From Lepidodermella squamata (taxonomy: Eukaryota; Animalia; Gastrotricha), in assembly GCA_047495785.1 (NCBI GenBank), contig JBLDXI010000010.1, positions 1,364,001-1,428,000 on the forward strand: a stretch of 64,000 nucleotides of DNA. Direction: 5' to 3'. The translations under genes and the position numbers were made by a program. Positions 23,459 to 33,062 of the stretch are shown here, one piece after another. The stretch's first letter is position 1; each line of letters starts with the position of its first letter. The notes under the pieces were generated by a model. The model saw only the letters and a list, made by a program, of their open reading frames with translations, had not been told where the DNA came from and searched no databases.

Positions 23459-24580
23459 ATGGACGACCCACCTTATTCAATAGATGGCGAGCTTCAGCCC
23501 TCTGCTTACGTTTTGATCGTCGGAGGTGGTATGATAGTAATGGTCATCGCTGTTCTCAGTGTCGATTACCTCAACCATCTGAAATTCTCTGGCGTTTTCG
23601 GTTCGAACTTCGACGCATTTGCTAGGTCAAAAACTCTAGCCTACAGCGTAACTGCTCGAAAGCGGAAGGCCAAATCGAAAGGGTGGTTTTGTTTCAAAAC
23701 GACAGCATCAAGGCCTGTCAGCACTAAATCATCTCGAGCTAGCTCCCGCAGCAACGTTTCGATCCCGTTTAATGAAGTCATTCAAATTGAGAACGACGAG
23801 CAAGAAATTACTCTGGAAAATACTGCTTCTGATTTGGATGGCCTAAGGCTGCCCACCCCACCGCCACCTATGCAATCGAGCAACAGTTTTGACGACCTCA
23901 GTGAGGCAGGTTCCAACATCAGCACTGTGACAGGGCTAGTTCGCCCGGATAAAATCGCTAAAATAAAACGTCAACAGCAAAGACCACCTTCAACAGAGAA
24001 TCCGACAAAATTCTCTCTCAGAATCGCGTTCAGACGGGGAAAGGAAAAACCCGAGTCGGATCAAGAAATCCGCAAGCCTTCCAAAATCCGTCGCACGAGT
24101 CAAGCTATTTCATCAGCTCTCAGTTTTAAGCCAACAAAACAGGAGATACGATTGGAAGATTATTTGCCGCCAAGGTTCGAAAGTCATGAAATCGTTGATG
24201 AAATAGCCCCGGAACAAGCAGCCCCAATTCCCAGTAATATTACTCCCCATCAAAGTCCACCTGTGAGGAGACGAGTTTCAAGTTTCAATGCCGGCAGCTC
24301 CTTTTACCGCCCGCACCTCGGAGTTTATCTTGCTCTACCTGATCGACGCATTCACTCATTTCAGGATGTTTTCGGATCTCAGTTTGACATGACCTCATCA
24401 CAAATTCTCAAAAAGCGGCTTATTGCTCAGCACCATGCGCATTTGAGAAATGCCCTATCTGACGCAGCAATGGATATGAGCGGAATTCCAGCGAATGAAA
24501 GGCGCGGCAGGCCGGCATTGATGCTTACTATGCTGGGAAGAAATCTAGCGAAGGTTAATCCTTTCCCCACGTTCGAATGA
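23459..24580 (+). CDS. TM-DY family member H
   Basis: VLIVGGGMIVMVIAVLSV-DYLNHLKFSGVFG; C-terminus GRPALMLTMLGRNLAKVNP. Confidence 0.8.
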   Translation: MDDPPYSIDGELQPSAYVLIVGGGMIVMVIAVLSVDYLNHLKFSGVFGSNFDAFARSKTLAYSVTARKRKAKSKGWFCFKTTASRPVSTKSSRASSRSNVSIPFNEVIQIENDEQEITLENTASDLDGLRLPTPPPPMQSSNSFDDLSEAGSNISTVTGLVRPDKIAKIKRQQQRPPSTENPTKFSLRIAFRRGKEKPESDQEIRKPSKIRRTSQAISSALSFKPTKQEIRLEDYLPPRFESHEIVDEIAPEQAAPIPSNITPHQSPPVRRRVSSFNAGSSFYRPHLGVYLALPDRRIHSFQDVFGSQFDMTSSQILKKRLIAQHHAHLRNALSDAAMDMSGIPANERRGRPALMLTMLGRNLAKVNPFPTFE

Positions 24581-25123
24581 CTTGCATGCATTTCAATCAA
24601 ATTTATTTCATTTGTCGTAAATAACTGTTGAAGAAATTGTTGGGCAAATAAAAACTGCGAAGTGAGCTTGCAATGGGCTATTTGATACCGTCTTTAGCAG
24701 ATGTCAATGCAACTCATCCTTCAAGGCTACTCGACTAGCAGAGTGGAGAGGAGTAGAATTTCCATTAAACCATTCAACCGGTTCACTCACAACTTTCAAT
24801 AATTACCACTTTCTGAAAGAATAAGCTGCAATTTTTTATACCTATCATGGGTGCTATTGGTTTAGAAAGTCGGACCCATCACGTACAACTCGTTCGCATT
24901 ATAGAGCCCGATTGCTAAGTAAATGTAGACAGTACATCTTCTTAAATGTTCTATTAATTAGCCGCACTGACCGCAGATGATCCAGATTGATTTCAATAAA
25001 ATAAGGCAGTGTCCTAATTGCAAGCTAGGACTTCATCTTTACTCTCTCCCAATTATTCAGCTGAGGGTGCAATTCTTGCGTGCAGCTTCATTTTATATAT
25101 CATTCCTTCGAATTCCATTTTGC

Positions 25124-26340
25124 ATGGCACTTGATATGCTGCGTTCTTCATTGTATGACCCTCTTCAATTGTTTGTACGCTGCCCTGGAAATGAAAGTTT
25201 CTTCTGTGAATTGGCCAATTCTGCTTCAATCAAGACACGCATGCCGAATCTGCTTGACAATCAAGATGCTGCTGATAACGAAACAGAAGACGACTACGAT
25301 GGGCCATACATCCCGGATGATGATTTGGGCCTAATAATCGGAGGCTTCCCACACTCGCAGGGGAGCTATGCGATTTTGACTGGCTTCGCGTTTTGCACAG
25401 TGGTGGTGATTCTTCTCTTCATTGATTACATTCGCTTCATGAGAGAACGAGGTGTCTTCGGACCGAAGGCTGAAGGCGTAAGAGCTCGGCGCAATCAGAG
25501 AATGTTTCCACAAGCTTCGACCCCAAGTGACGAGTAAGTCTATTAATTTAACAATTTTTCATGTCAATCTTACATATGATTTCAAGGTCAGAGTCGGAAT
25601 CCCCTGACAATCGGGAGCAGTCTATTGTTGGAGAAAAAGCCCTCCAGTCTTCGCCTCTACACCCCATGTACCAGGGATTAGAAGGTCTGGAAATGCCAAG
25701 TGTTGAACCCTCGCAATCTAGTGCGCCCACTAAGGCTCCTAGCATTGTTGAATCTGTCAGTAGTCCGGTTGCTGAAACAATTCTCTCAACTCATGACAGT
25801 GAGGTTGGCGAGATGAGACCTGCTCGTAGGCGGAGATCAGTCAAAAGCCGGAGAAATAGCATGATGCTTTACAGAGGAAGACGTCCTTCACTGGCTATCA
25901 AAGTTCAAACCCGCGCGAAACTCAATTCAAATATTGGCAACTCCGTAATTTCCGAGATTGCAATCAATGAGGATCGCCCTGACATTGAAGCTAAACCAGA
26001 AACAGAAGGCAACCCTACTTCTAACGAGCCAGAATCAGCCGAAAAGACTGAGGAGATGAAGAAGGAAGACCAAAGCGAAACAAAAGCCTCTGGCACTCCG
26101 AATCTAGTACCCGAGAAAAGTTTCGATGTAGATGACCCTGACAACTGGACCCTTCCCGAACCTGAAAGCACGTCCTCGGTCGAGCCGCTGAAAAAGTATG
26201 AGCAAGTCAAGAAGCCTATCATAAGGAAGAAACAAGAGGCTGAGAGGAGTTCCCCAACATTTCGCCGTCCGAAAATGTTACTAAGCTTCCTTGGCAGTGG
26301 GCTTAGTCGCATCAATGAAAACAGATCCGGAAATAACTGA
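25124..26340 (+). CDS. TM-DY family member I (2 exons), paralog of C
   Basis: YAILTGFAFCTVVVILLFI-DYIRFMRERGVFG; intron 25534-25586 in the same phase and region as in C; near-identical C-terminus ending RSGNN*. Confidence 0.85.
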
Positions 26341-26689
26341 ATGACATCATTCAATCTTATGCTATAATTCGTTTTAGTAAACGATGTTTGATAGGATGCA
26401 ATTTAGAATAAAAATGTTGCGTGGTAATTATTCAATCATCCCAGATTATATTTTTTTACGTTCAACCTGCGATTTCTGAGACACTTCGCAGTAAAAACTG
26501 TTCGAGTTATGACAGAGGTAACTGAATTTATCGAGGATTCATCAGCCAGTGTGGTTCTGGTGATAGGCTCAGCAATGCTGGCCTTTCTTCTCTGTGTTCT
26601 AATTGTCGACTACCATTGTAGTCCGGCTTTGCAGGGTCAAAGTCCATTTTATTCATCATGTGTGTTTTTATCGTTTATATAATGTGCCA

Positions 26690-26721
26690 CTGGTGGTGCG
26701 GTCGTGAGGTGGCGAGGTGGT
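26690..26721 (+). repeat. Left subterminal GGT(G/C)GTG-type tandem block of the transposon
   Basis: ctggtggtgcggtcgtgaggtggcgaggtggt; first 21 nt match the reverse complement of 29901-29921 at 20/21. Confidence 0.8.
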
Positions 26722-26983
26722 ATTTTTTTGTACTCTTGCCTCACTGTTGTCAAATGATTTGCCCCATTTATGCACAATAATAATCGCGCCTTGCCGTATG
26801 TGTACCATAAAAGTCCGCCTCACATTCATACTGACCTGAGCTATCGCAAATGATAATGGGCTTTTATAATCAAAACAACGCGTCTTCTAATTACCCCTGA
26901 TGTGACACAAAAAGCAGTTGCGACGACAGGAATACGATATATATGATATAAAATGGGTAAACTGTGTGTTTTCGTTTTGTAAA

Positions 26984-28954
26984 ATGCCCGCTGCTTACAG
27001 TTTTGAGGTGAGCGTTGACTTGGACTCGATAAAGCACCGTTTGGAGCGGATGCCAGCTTCGATTACTGATGTGCAGATTCGAACTCGTAGAGCGCGAGCT
27101 GAATTGGCGCAGACTCTTGCTTTGAAGACGCTACCTTCTACATGGCCATTTTCGCAGATAATGAATGGGGCCATTATGAAATCGGCCAAATTAACCATCG
27201 AGTATGATGACATTGGGGTTGTGGAAATCGAAGTACCCAGCGAAAAGCCAGCTAAATCTAGGGAAAGCGCAAACAATCGTGCTAAAAGGTTATAGAAATT
27301 GTCAAGTTATCGAATTTTATTAAATATTTTTTACTCTAGTCTCGTGATTCTGGGATTGCGTTACGGAATTAACGCCAGCAAGTTGCTAGCAATGCGTCGT
27401 TCCATTGGTTTCGAGTCAGTGTCAAAAGATTTATTCTATAAAGTTAGGAACGAGCTGGCTGTTTTGCACCCTATAAGCACGATAAGCGACGGAAAGGCGG
27501 CTTTCCGATCGGTATTTTCGCTTGCCAGTACTTGGGCCCGTAAAGGTGAGTTGAAACCGTCGGTCACTAACGACATTCGACTCCAGGTATAAATAAATTA
27601 AAATTCGAGGTAGAATTGAAACTTTATAAGTAACTGTTTAAGGTGGATGGGATGGCGAGCCGGACGAATTACGCTGACCCCTTTGTCACCGCCTATGTCT
27701 GTGTGGCGAGCAGGAAAAGGAAAGCCGGGATCGATAATGAAGACCAATTGGCTGTCTATAATGATAACGAGTCAGCGAGTAATTTTCGAGAATATTTACA
27801 ACCCCCTGTCGACGAGCTTGTAAAACTGGTCGAGCAAGGCATAACAGTCGACGGAAAAAGCTACAGTTTCAGACTGCTGACCTGCTGTGATTACCCGGCG
27901 CTGGTAAAAATATTTGGCTGTGGTCATCAGTCGAGTGAAAATCGTTGTGTTATTTGCGAGATGAGCGTCCGAAACCCAACTTTGCCAGCTAAAAGACGCA
28001 AGTTCGATGAATATTCGGCCGAAATGGCTGGGAAGCTGGGGTGGTCGGAAGATTTCGGGCCTATGATTCGGCTAAGCGAGGACAAATTGCTGATAATACC
28101 GGACTTCTTCCATCTTCAAGTCAATATTGCGAAACCACTGATTACCCAGGTTAGCATAGCAAGCGGAAAACTCTTCGAAAAGACATTTCATCCGAAAAAT
28201 AACTTTAGGTTCTCGGAAAGTTGAGAGCGTTCAGTCAACGCGAAGCAATCAAAAAAGTCATCGAATTCTTGAAGATTGGGTCGAAATACAAATCATCAGC
28301 GGCTTCTTCAAGACGGATCAAGCGAACTCCGAAAAACTCGAAGCTGTCTATTGACGTCCGCCGAACTTTGAAGGGGAAAGTCAAAGTCAGCATTAAAAAT
28401 TCGAATCACTACGGCGTTGTTCAGGTAGAATTGTGGTAGAGTGAAAATAAAACTTAATTTTGGATTTAAAATTTCAGGCATTCAAGCGATTTACTGAACA
28501 TATGAGCCAAAATTCGTTGACTGATGCGTTTTTCTTGCCAAAAAATTGGCAGAGAAAGAAAGTTTTCGGAAAAGTGAAGTCATCTGCCCGAATCAAAGAA
28601 AACGACTTTCTTACTTCTTTAGCCGGTCTTCGGAAGCTTTGCATCGCATCATGTGCCGCGTTTGACGATATCAAGGAAAATCGGAAAAAAGGAAAGGGCA
28701 AGTTCTTCATGCCGCGTTATGCATCGCTCTGGAAGACGCATGTTGGTCCTGTCACGTCATACGCACATCTCCTTTCGAGCCACACATACGAGCTGTTGAA
28801 ACGAAATATTAATCTGGCCGCTTTGTCCGCTGAAAGCATCGAACTACTCATCAAAGAGCTGCGCGCAACAGTTAGCAGTCAAACTTCTAATTTCTGGCCG
28901 TTGTCTTCTCAGCTCATGAGAATTCAGAACATGAAAGACAATCTGAAAATTTGA
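26984..28954 (+). CDS. RAG1/Transib-like DDE transposase, 5 exons, 583 aa
   Basis: Exons 26984-27288, 27340-27586, 27643-28149, 28209-28424, 28478-28954 with GT-AG introns total 1752 nt and give an open frame. Motifs: LQVDGM, CCDYPALVKIFG...CVIC, IPDFFHL, YAHLLSSH...SAESIE. Confidence 0.8.
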
Positions 28955-29088
28955 TACTTCAATTTTGTCAGCTTTACTTCTCATTTCAAGTTTTAATTTT
29001 TAAAAGTAAAATTCGAAAATGTAGAAAGAATGTTTTTTATTCAGCCTCTACTCTTGAACTCATCATCATCAGATAACACGGCAAAATA

Positions 29089-29819
29089 TCATCTTTTCGT
29101 GTACACATACTCATCTCGAGCTCGATCGAAATGCAATTCATATTTATCTTGTGCGGACCAGACGAAAGAAAAAAGCCCGGCTCGGCAGAGCTCATCGAGT
29201 TTCGAAATTTGCCGGCAGATTGCGTTTTGGCTTCTGCCAAGTTCAGCATCAAGGTTTTTATCGGACAGAGTAATCCGCATCCAGAATTTTAATAAGCTTT
29301 TGGGAGCAGTCGCCAATTTACCGCGTTTCGTGTAGAAGGCGAACACATGTCGCAATCGATTCCGGTCGCTAAAGGTCCACTCAACGCGTGAATTCGCGGC
29401 ATGAACTATATAAATTCGGACTATTTAGGACTCTCAGTGTCGAGCATTTCCAGATACTAACCTTTGTCAAACCGCTTTGACACCGCCCTGATGTAGTTCC
29501 AAGAGCCATAACTTGCCGTAGAAACCGAAGAGTCGAGCGTTGTATCGCTGATTTCGATGGGCTCGATTTGCTCGGCTTGATGCGCGCCTGCTTGTTCCTG
29601 CTGTCCAAATTCCTCATGAAGAAACGATTCATCGCCTTCATTTTCCGATAAACCGGTTTCAGACTGCTGATTATTTTTCGATTTGGCGAACATTGATCGA
29701 ATATCGGCCTGTTTTTCAAAGCGATTGTGCTGTTGTTGCTGATGATGAGCAGCTCTGCGCTCACTCCTGCGCTGCCTTTTTCGCCGATTGCGTGATCGCG
29801 ATTTCGCAGTTTCACTCAT
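29089..29819 (-). CDS. Transposon accessory protein, 224 aa: basic N-terminus and Myb/SANT-like helix-turn-helix C-terminus (2 exons)
   Basis: Exons 29819-29462 and 29405-29089 (intron 29461-29406, GTTAG...TATAG). Arg/Lys-rich NLS-like start; VEWTFSDRNRLRHVF...LDAELGRSQNAICRQISKL. Confidence 0.65.
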
Positions 29820-29889
29820 TTTATTCAGATGAATTTCGCAAATAGCTCGAAAAACGAATGGCTTTACGACTGATAAAAATAACAAGTGA

Positions 29890-29921
29890 ACGACTGCACG
29901 ACCTCACCACCGCACCACCAG
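29890..29921 (-). repeat. Right subterminal block, inverted copy of 26690-26721
   Basis: acgactgcacgacctcaccaccgcaccaccag, reverse complement ctggtggtgcggtggtgaggtcgtgcagtcgt. Confidence 0.8.
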
Positions 29922-31207
29922 CGCGCATAGCTAAACATAAGACTACTACACACATGATATATAGCAATAATAATTGCACATGAATCATCTAGGTCACTCT
30001 GCAAAACCCGGACTTGTATGACGCAAAACATGTGAGACAAACGCTGAACCCATTTTTCAAAACAATTTTGTTTTTTCCCAGATGCGTGCTGCTGGTTTCT
30101 TTGGGGGTGAAATCGACTTATTCGCTCGGCGCAAGAGGAAAACGAAATCGTTATCAACATCTCGCACGATGTCAAGCAACTACGGAGCTACTTCGCCAAT
30201 CCATGAAGTTGCTACCGACTACTCCCTGCAGGTCAGATCGGTTCAATCGCGGGAGGACATTCTTCTAGACGAAGAAACAGGGCTGGAACTTCAAATGCCT
30301 AGTATTACACCATTCAAACATGAAGAAATGGCAGTATGCATTCCTCATTCGGTGTCGGAGATTCTACCAGCCGTTGGGAAGAAAACGCATGAGAAAATTC
30401 GGTATAATTCATCTCTGGACCTTGGCAAAAGGTCATTGCCAAGCAAGACTCCATGGGAACCTATTAAGGATAACCCAGAAACACCTTTCCGACTCCGAGC
30501 TGATACACAAACATTCATTGATCTGAAGGAAATGTCCGGAACGAGGCCTCGAAGTAAATCGATAACTGTAATGCAGCGTAGCATCCAGCCAGATCGACCT
30601 TCAGCAAGCCAACGCCCTGCGAGAGAAACATCATCGCGGGAGCTATTGAAAGGCGCCAGAGCGTTTGCAGCGATCAGAGCCGAAAGACGTCTTATCAATC
30701 GTCGAAGGGAGAATAATGGGGAAACGCCTGATAATTATGATCTTCTTCAAAACTCTGCAATGTTTCTCACACCATTCGGCCGCCTGATGCGAAATGTGAA
30801 TATGAAGATGGCATAATCCTTGCTGCTTTGTTGGGCTCTTTTACCGGGCTACAACGCTTCTCCTGAGAAAGCTGTACATGATGATGAATGACTCTAGTTT
30901 CAACTTCGAAAGTTCTAAGCTATTGATATTTAAGCAGTGCGCGAAGGGATACGATACCCCTCATCTCTACATCTCTAAACCGCACGTTCCCTTTGTTAAG
31001 TTAAATCAATGATGTGGAAATGAAAATAAAGGGCGAATGGGGAATCCCGATCTAGCCTATTTTTCTGTGTAGAATTCCTCAAATATGAAAACTACTAAAC
31101 CAGGTCTAGACAAGGAAATTTCAGATTTATTCCGTGTAAGCAACCACTGCGGAATGTTAATGAAGGCGATAGCATTTGACTAGTAAATCTTAACGACTAA
31201 CAGAGCA

Positions 31208-32551
31208 ATGAGATCGGCACTTTGCTTAATACTTTATTTACTGCTAAATGCCACAGCGAGCCACCAGAGGAAGCGTAATGGAAGAGGAAATTCGCCCGAG
31301 AAGGATCTGATCAGCTCCATCAAGCAGTTAATCGCAAAAGGATCGTCTCTGGACAACTTCAACAAGCAAGGCATGACACCTCTAATGGCCGCAATCGACG
31401 CTGATTTAACTCGGACTGCTAAAATTGTCATGGTCAAGGGCGCTGATGTTAATCTGGCCAGCGAGAAGCATAAGGGCAGAACAGCTTTACATTTCGCTGT
31501 CGCTAAGGGCAACTCAGAAATCGTTAAGGCTCTTATTAAAAGAGGAGCTGACGTCACTGCAAAAGACGGAGATGGCCAGACTCCTTTGATAATGGCTGTT
31601 CGATCAAGAAAGTGCGATATAGTCAACAAAATCGCAGAATCGAAACCTGATTCGCTGGATACAACAAACGAAGAAGGCGAGACTGCACTGATGATCGCAG
31701 CTGGAAAGAATCTAATACATTGCGTTCAAGCTCTGAAGTCTGCCGATCATAATGTGGCTCGAGAATCTGATGGAAACACGCCGTTGCATATCGCTGCTAA
31801 GAAAAATTACATAGCAATGGTTAAATTGTTGCTTTCTCAAGGCGCTAGGGAGGAAGTTATGAACAGTAACAAGCATACTCCTCTCTTCGAATCCCTTCAG
31901 TCATGCAGAGAGAGAACGTCGATCGTTCTAGCTGGAGCAGCTGATCACGACCCCTACCTAAAATCGATAGATCCCAAAAACGAGACTACGTTGCTCCACC
32001 TAACCTCTTACTGCAATTTCGGTAAAATTGCGAAGATCTTAGCCGAGAAAGGAGCGACTCTGGAGTATAAAACTTGGGACGATATGGCCCCTTTGAATTA
32101 CGCTGTTCATATGAAGAGTTTCGACGTTGCGAAGGAGTTGATAGAGGCTGGGGCTGATGTTAACACCAATTCTTACTACAACAGCGGAAAAACGCCACTC
32201 CACTACGCAGCTCAGCATGATAATATTGAAATCATGAAGATGTTGATTGATAAAGGGGCAAAGCTTGATTCTGGTCGATATGAGACGCCTTTCGTTACAG
32301 CCTGTAAATCAAACAGCCACGACGCTGCTAGGACGATGTTGGAGCGTGGGGCTAACGTGAATGCGCGTTACAAAGATGGCTACTCATGCCTGCATTACAT
32401 TTGCAAAGTTGGGGGTATTATCAACTTTTTCAAGGATATGGTGGCGAGAGGGGCTGATATGGAGGCGAAAGCGAGGGATGGTGTGACTGTTTTGGCTGCG
32501 TGCAGGAATAGTCCTCGTATCCGGCAGTTTCTGAAAAGAATGGGAGTATAA
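31208..32551 (+). CDS. Ankyrin-repeat protein with N-terminal signal peptide (447 aa, intronless)
   Basis: MRSALCLILYLLLNATA followed by about 12 ankyrin repeats (GMTPLMAA, GRTALHFA, GNTPLHIA, GKTPLHYA). Confidence 0.9.
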   Translation: MRSALCLILYLLLNATASHQRKRNGRGNSPEKDLISSIKQLIAKGSSLDNFNKQGMTPLMAAIDADLTRTAKIVMVKGADVNLASEKHKGRTALHFAVAKGNSEIVKALIKRGADVTAKDGDGQTPLIMAVRSRKCDIVNKIAESKPDSLDTTNEEGETALMIAAGKNLIHCVQALKSADHNVARESDGNTPLHIAAKKNYIAMVKLLLSQGAREEVMNSNKHTPLFESLQSCRERTSIVLAGAADHDPYLKSIDPKNETTLLHLTSYCNFGKIAKILAEKGATLEYKTWDDMAPLNYAVHMKSFDVAKELIEAGADVNTNSYYNSGKTPLHYAAQHDNIEIMKMLIDKGAKLDSGRYETPFVTACKSNSHDAARTMLERGANVNARYKDGYSCLHYICKVGGIINFFKDMVARGADMEAKARDGVTVLAACRNSPRIRQFLKRMGV

Positions 32552-33062
32552 AACAAGTGTTATGATAACGATTTCGAACGTTTTTTGCATCCAATTTCAA
32601 TACAAATAATTCTATATAACATTGAAATGCCGATAGATCCCAACAGTGGGCGAATGGGTGTGGGGGTGGGAAATGGGGAGTATCGTAAATCGCACCCTCA
32701 AGTTCGCAAGGGGAAAGTTAGGGTTTAGGGTCATTCAATTTGTGCTCGGAAATACTCCCTAGTTCTTGGATCCTACTTGGCACACTGCAAACAATTTCCT
32801 TATGGTCTCGTCTCACGTGGCTATAGTAAAGACACCGAAATGCGCTGAAATGAGCTACAGCTGCTGCTTTCCTTCATTAAGCTACTCAATTAAGGTAATC
32901 TTGACCTGTCTGATAATGGAGATTATTTGTATTAGATTGGAGCGAAAGTAACCCCACAGCAGCTGTATTCATGAAAATATACAAAAAAGGAAAGTTTTCC
33001 TGTTTTCAAATAGCATTTGCGAGATTTCGCAAGCCCATTGAGAACTACACAAATTGTTTAGT

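Larger units (their letters stand above)
26614..30020. mobile_element. Autonomous-looking 3407-bp DNA transposon of the Transib/RAG-CMC supergroup with two convergent genes
   Basis: Imperfect TIRs CATTGTAGTCCGGC-TTTGCAGGGT and (reverse complement) CATACAAGTCCGGGTTTTGCAGAGT. AC duplicated at 26612-26613 and 30021-30022. Subterminal inverted motifs; internal transposase gene. Confidence 0.85.
26509..30816 (+). pseudogene. TM-DY family member J, split by a DNA transposon inside the DY motif
   Basis: 5' part 26509-26613 encodes MTEVTEFIEDSSASVVLVIGSAMLAFLLCVLIVDY. After the element, 30023-30031 encodes AKH, then intron 30032-30081, then MRAAGFFGGEIDLFARR. Removing the element restores DYAKHMRAAG in frame. 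Confidence 0.85.

Noticed and set aside
26616-30018. 5-bp TTGTA target-site duplication with GTCCGG termini
   Set aside because: Removing the element on these boundaries frameshifts the host gene; the 2-bp AC model restores the family consensus exactly. Kept only as an alternative to test.
32718-32730. Telomere-like TTAGGG/TTTAGGG
   Set aside because: Only two degenerate units.
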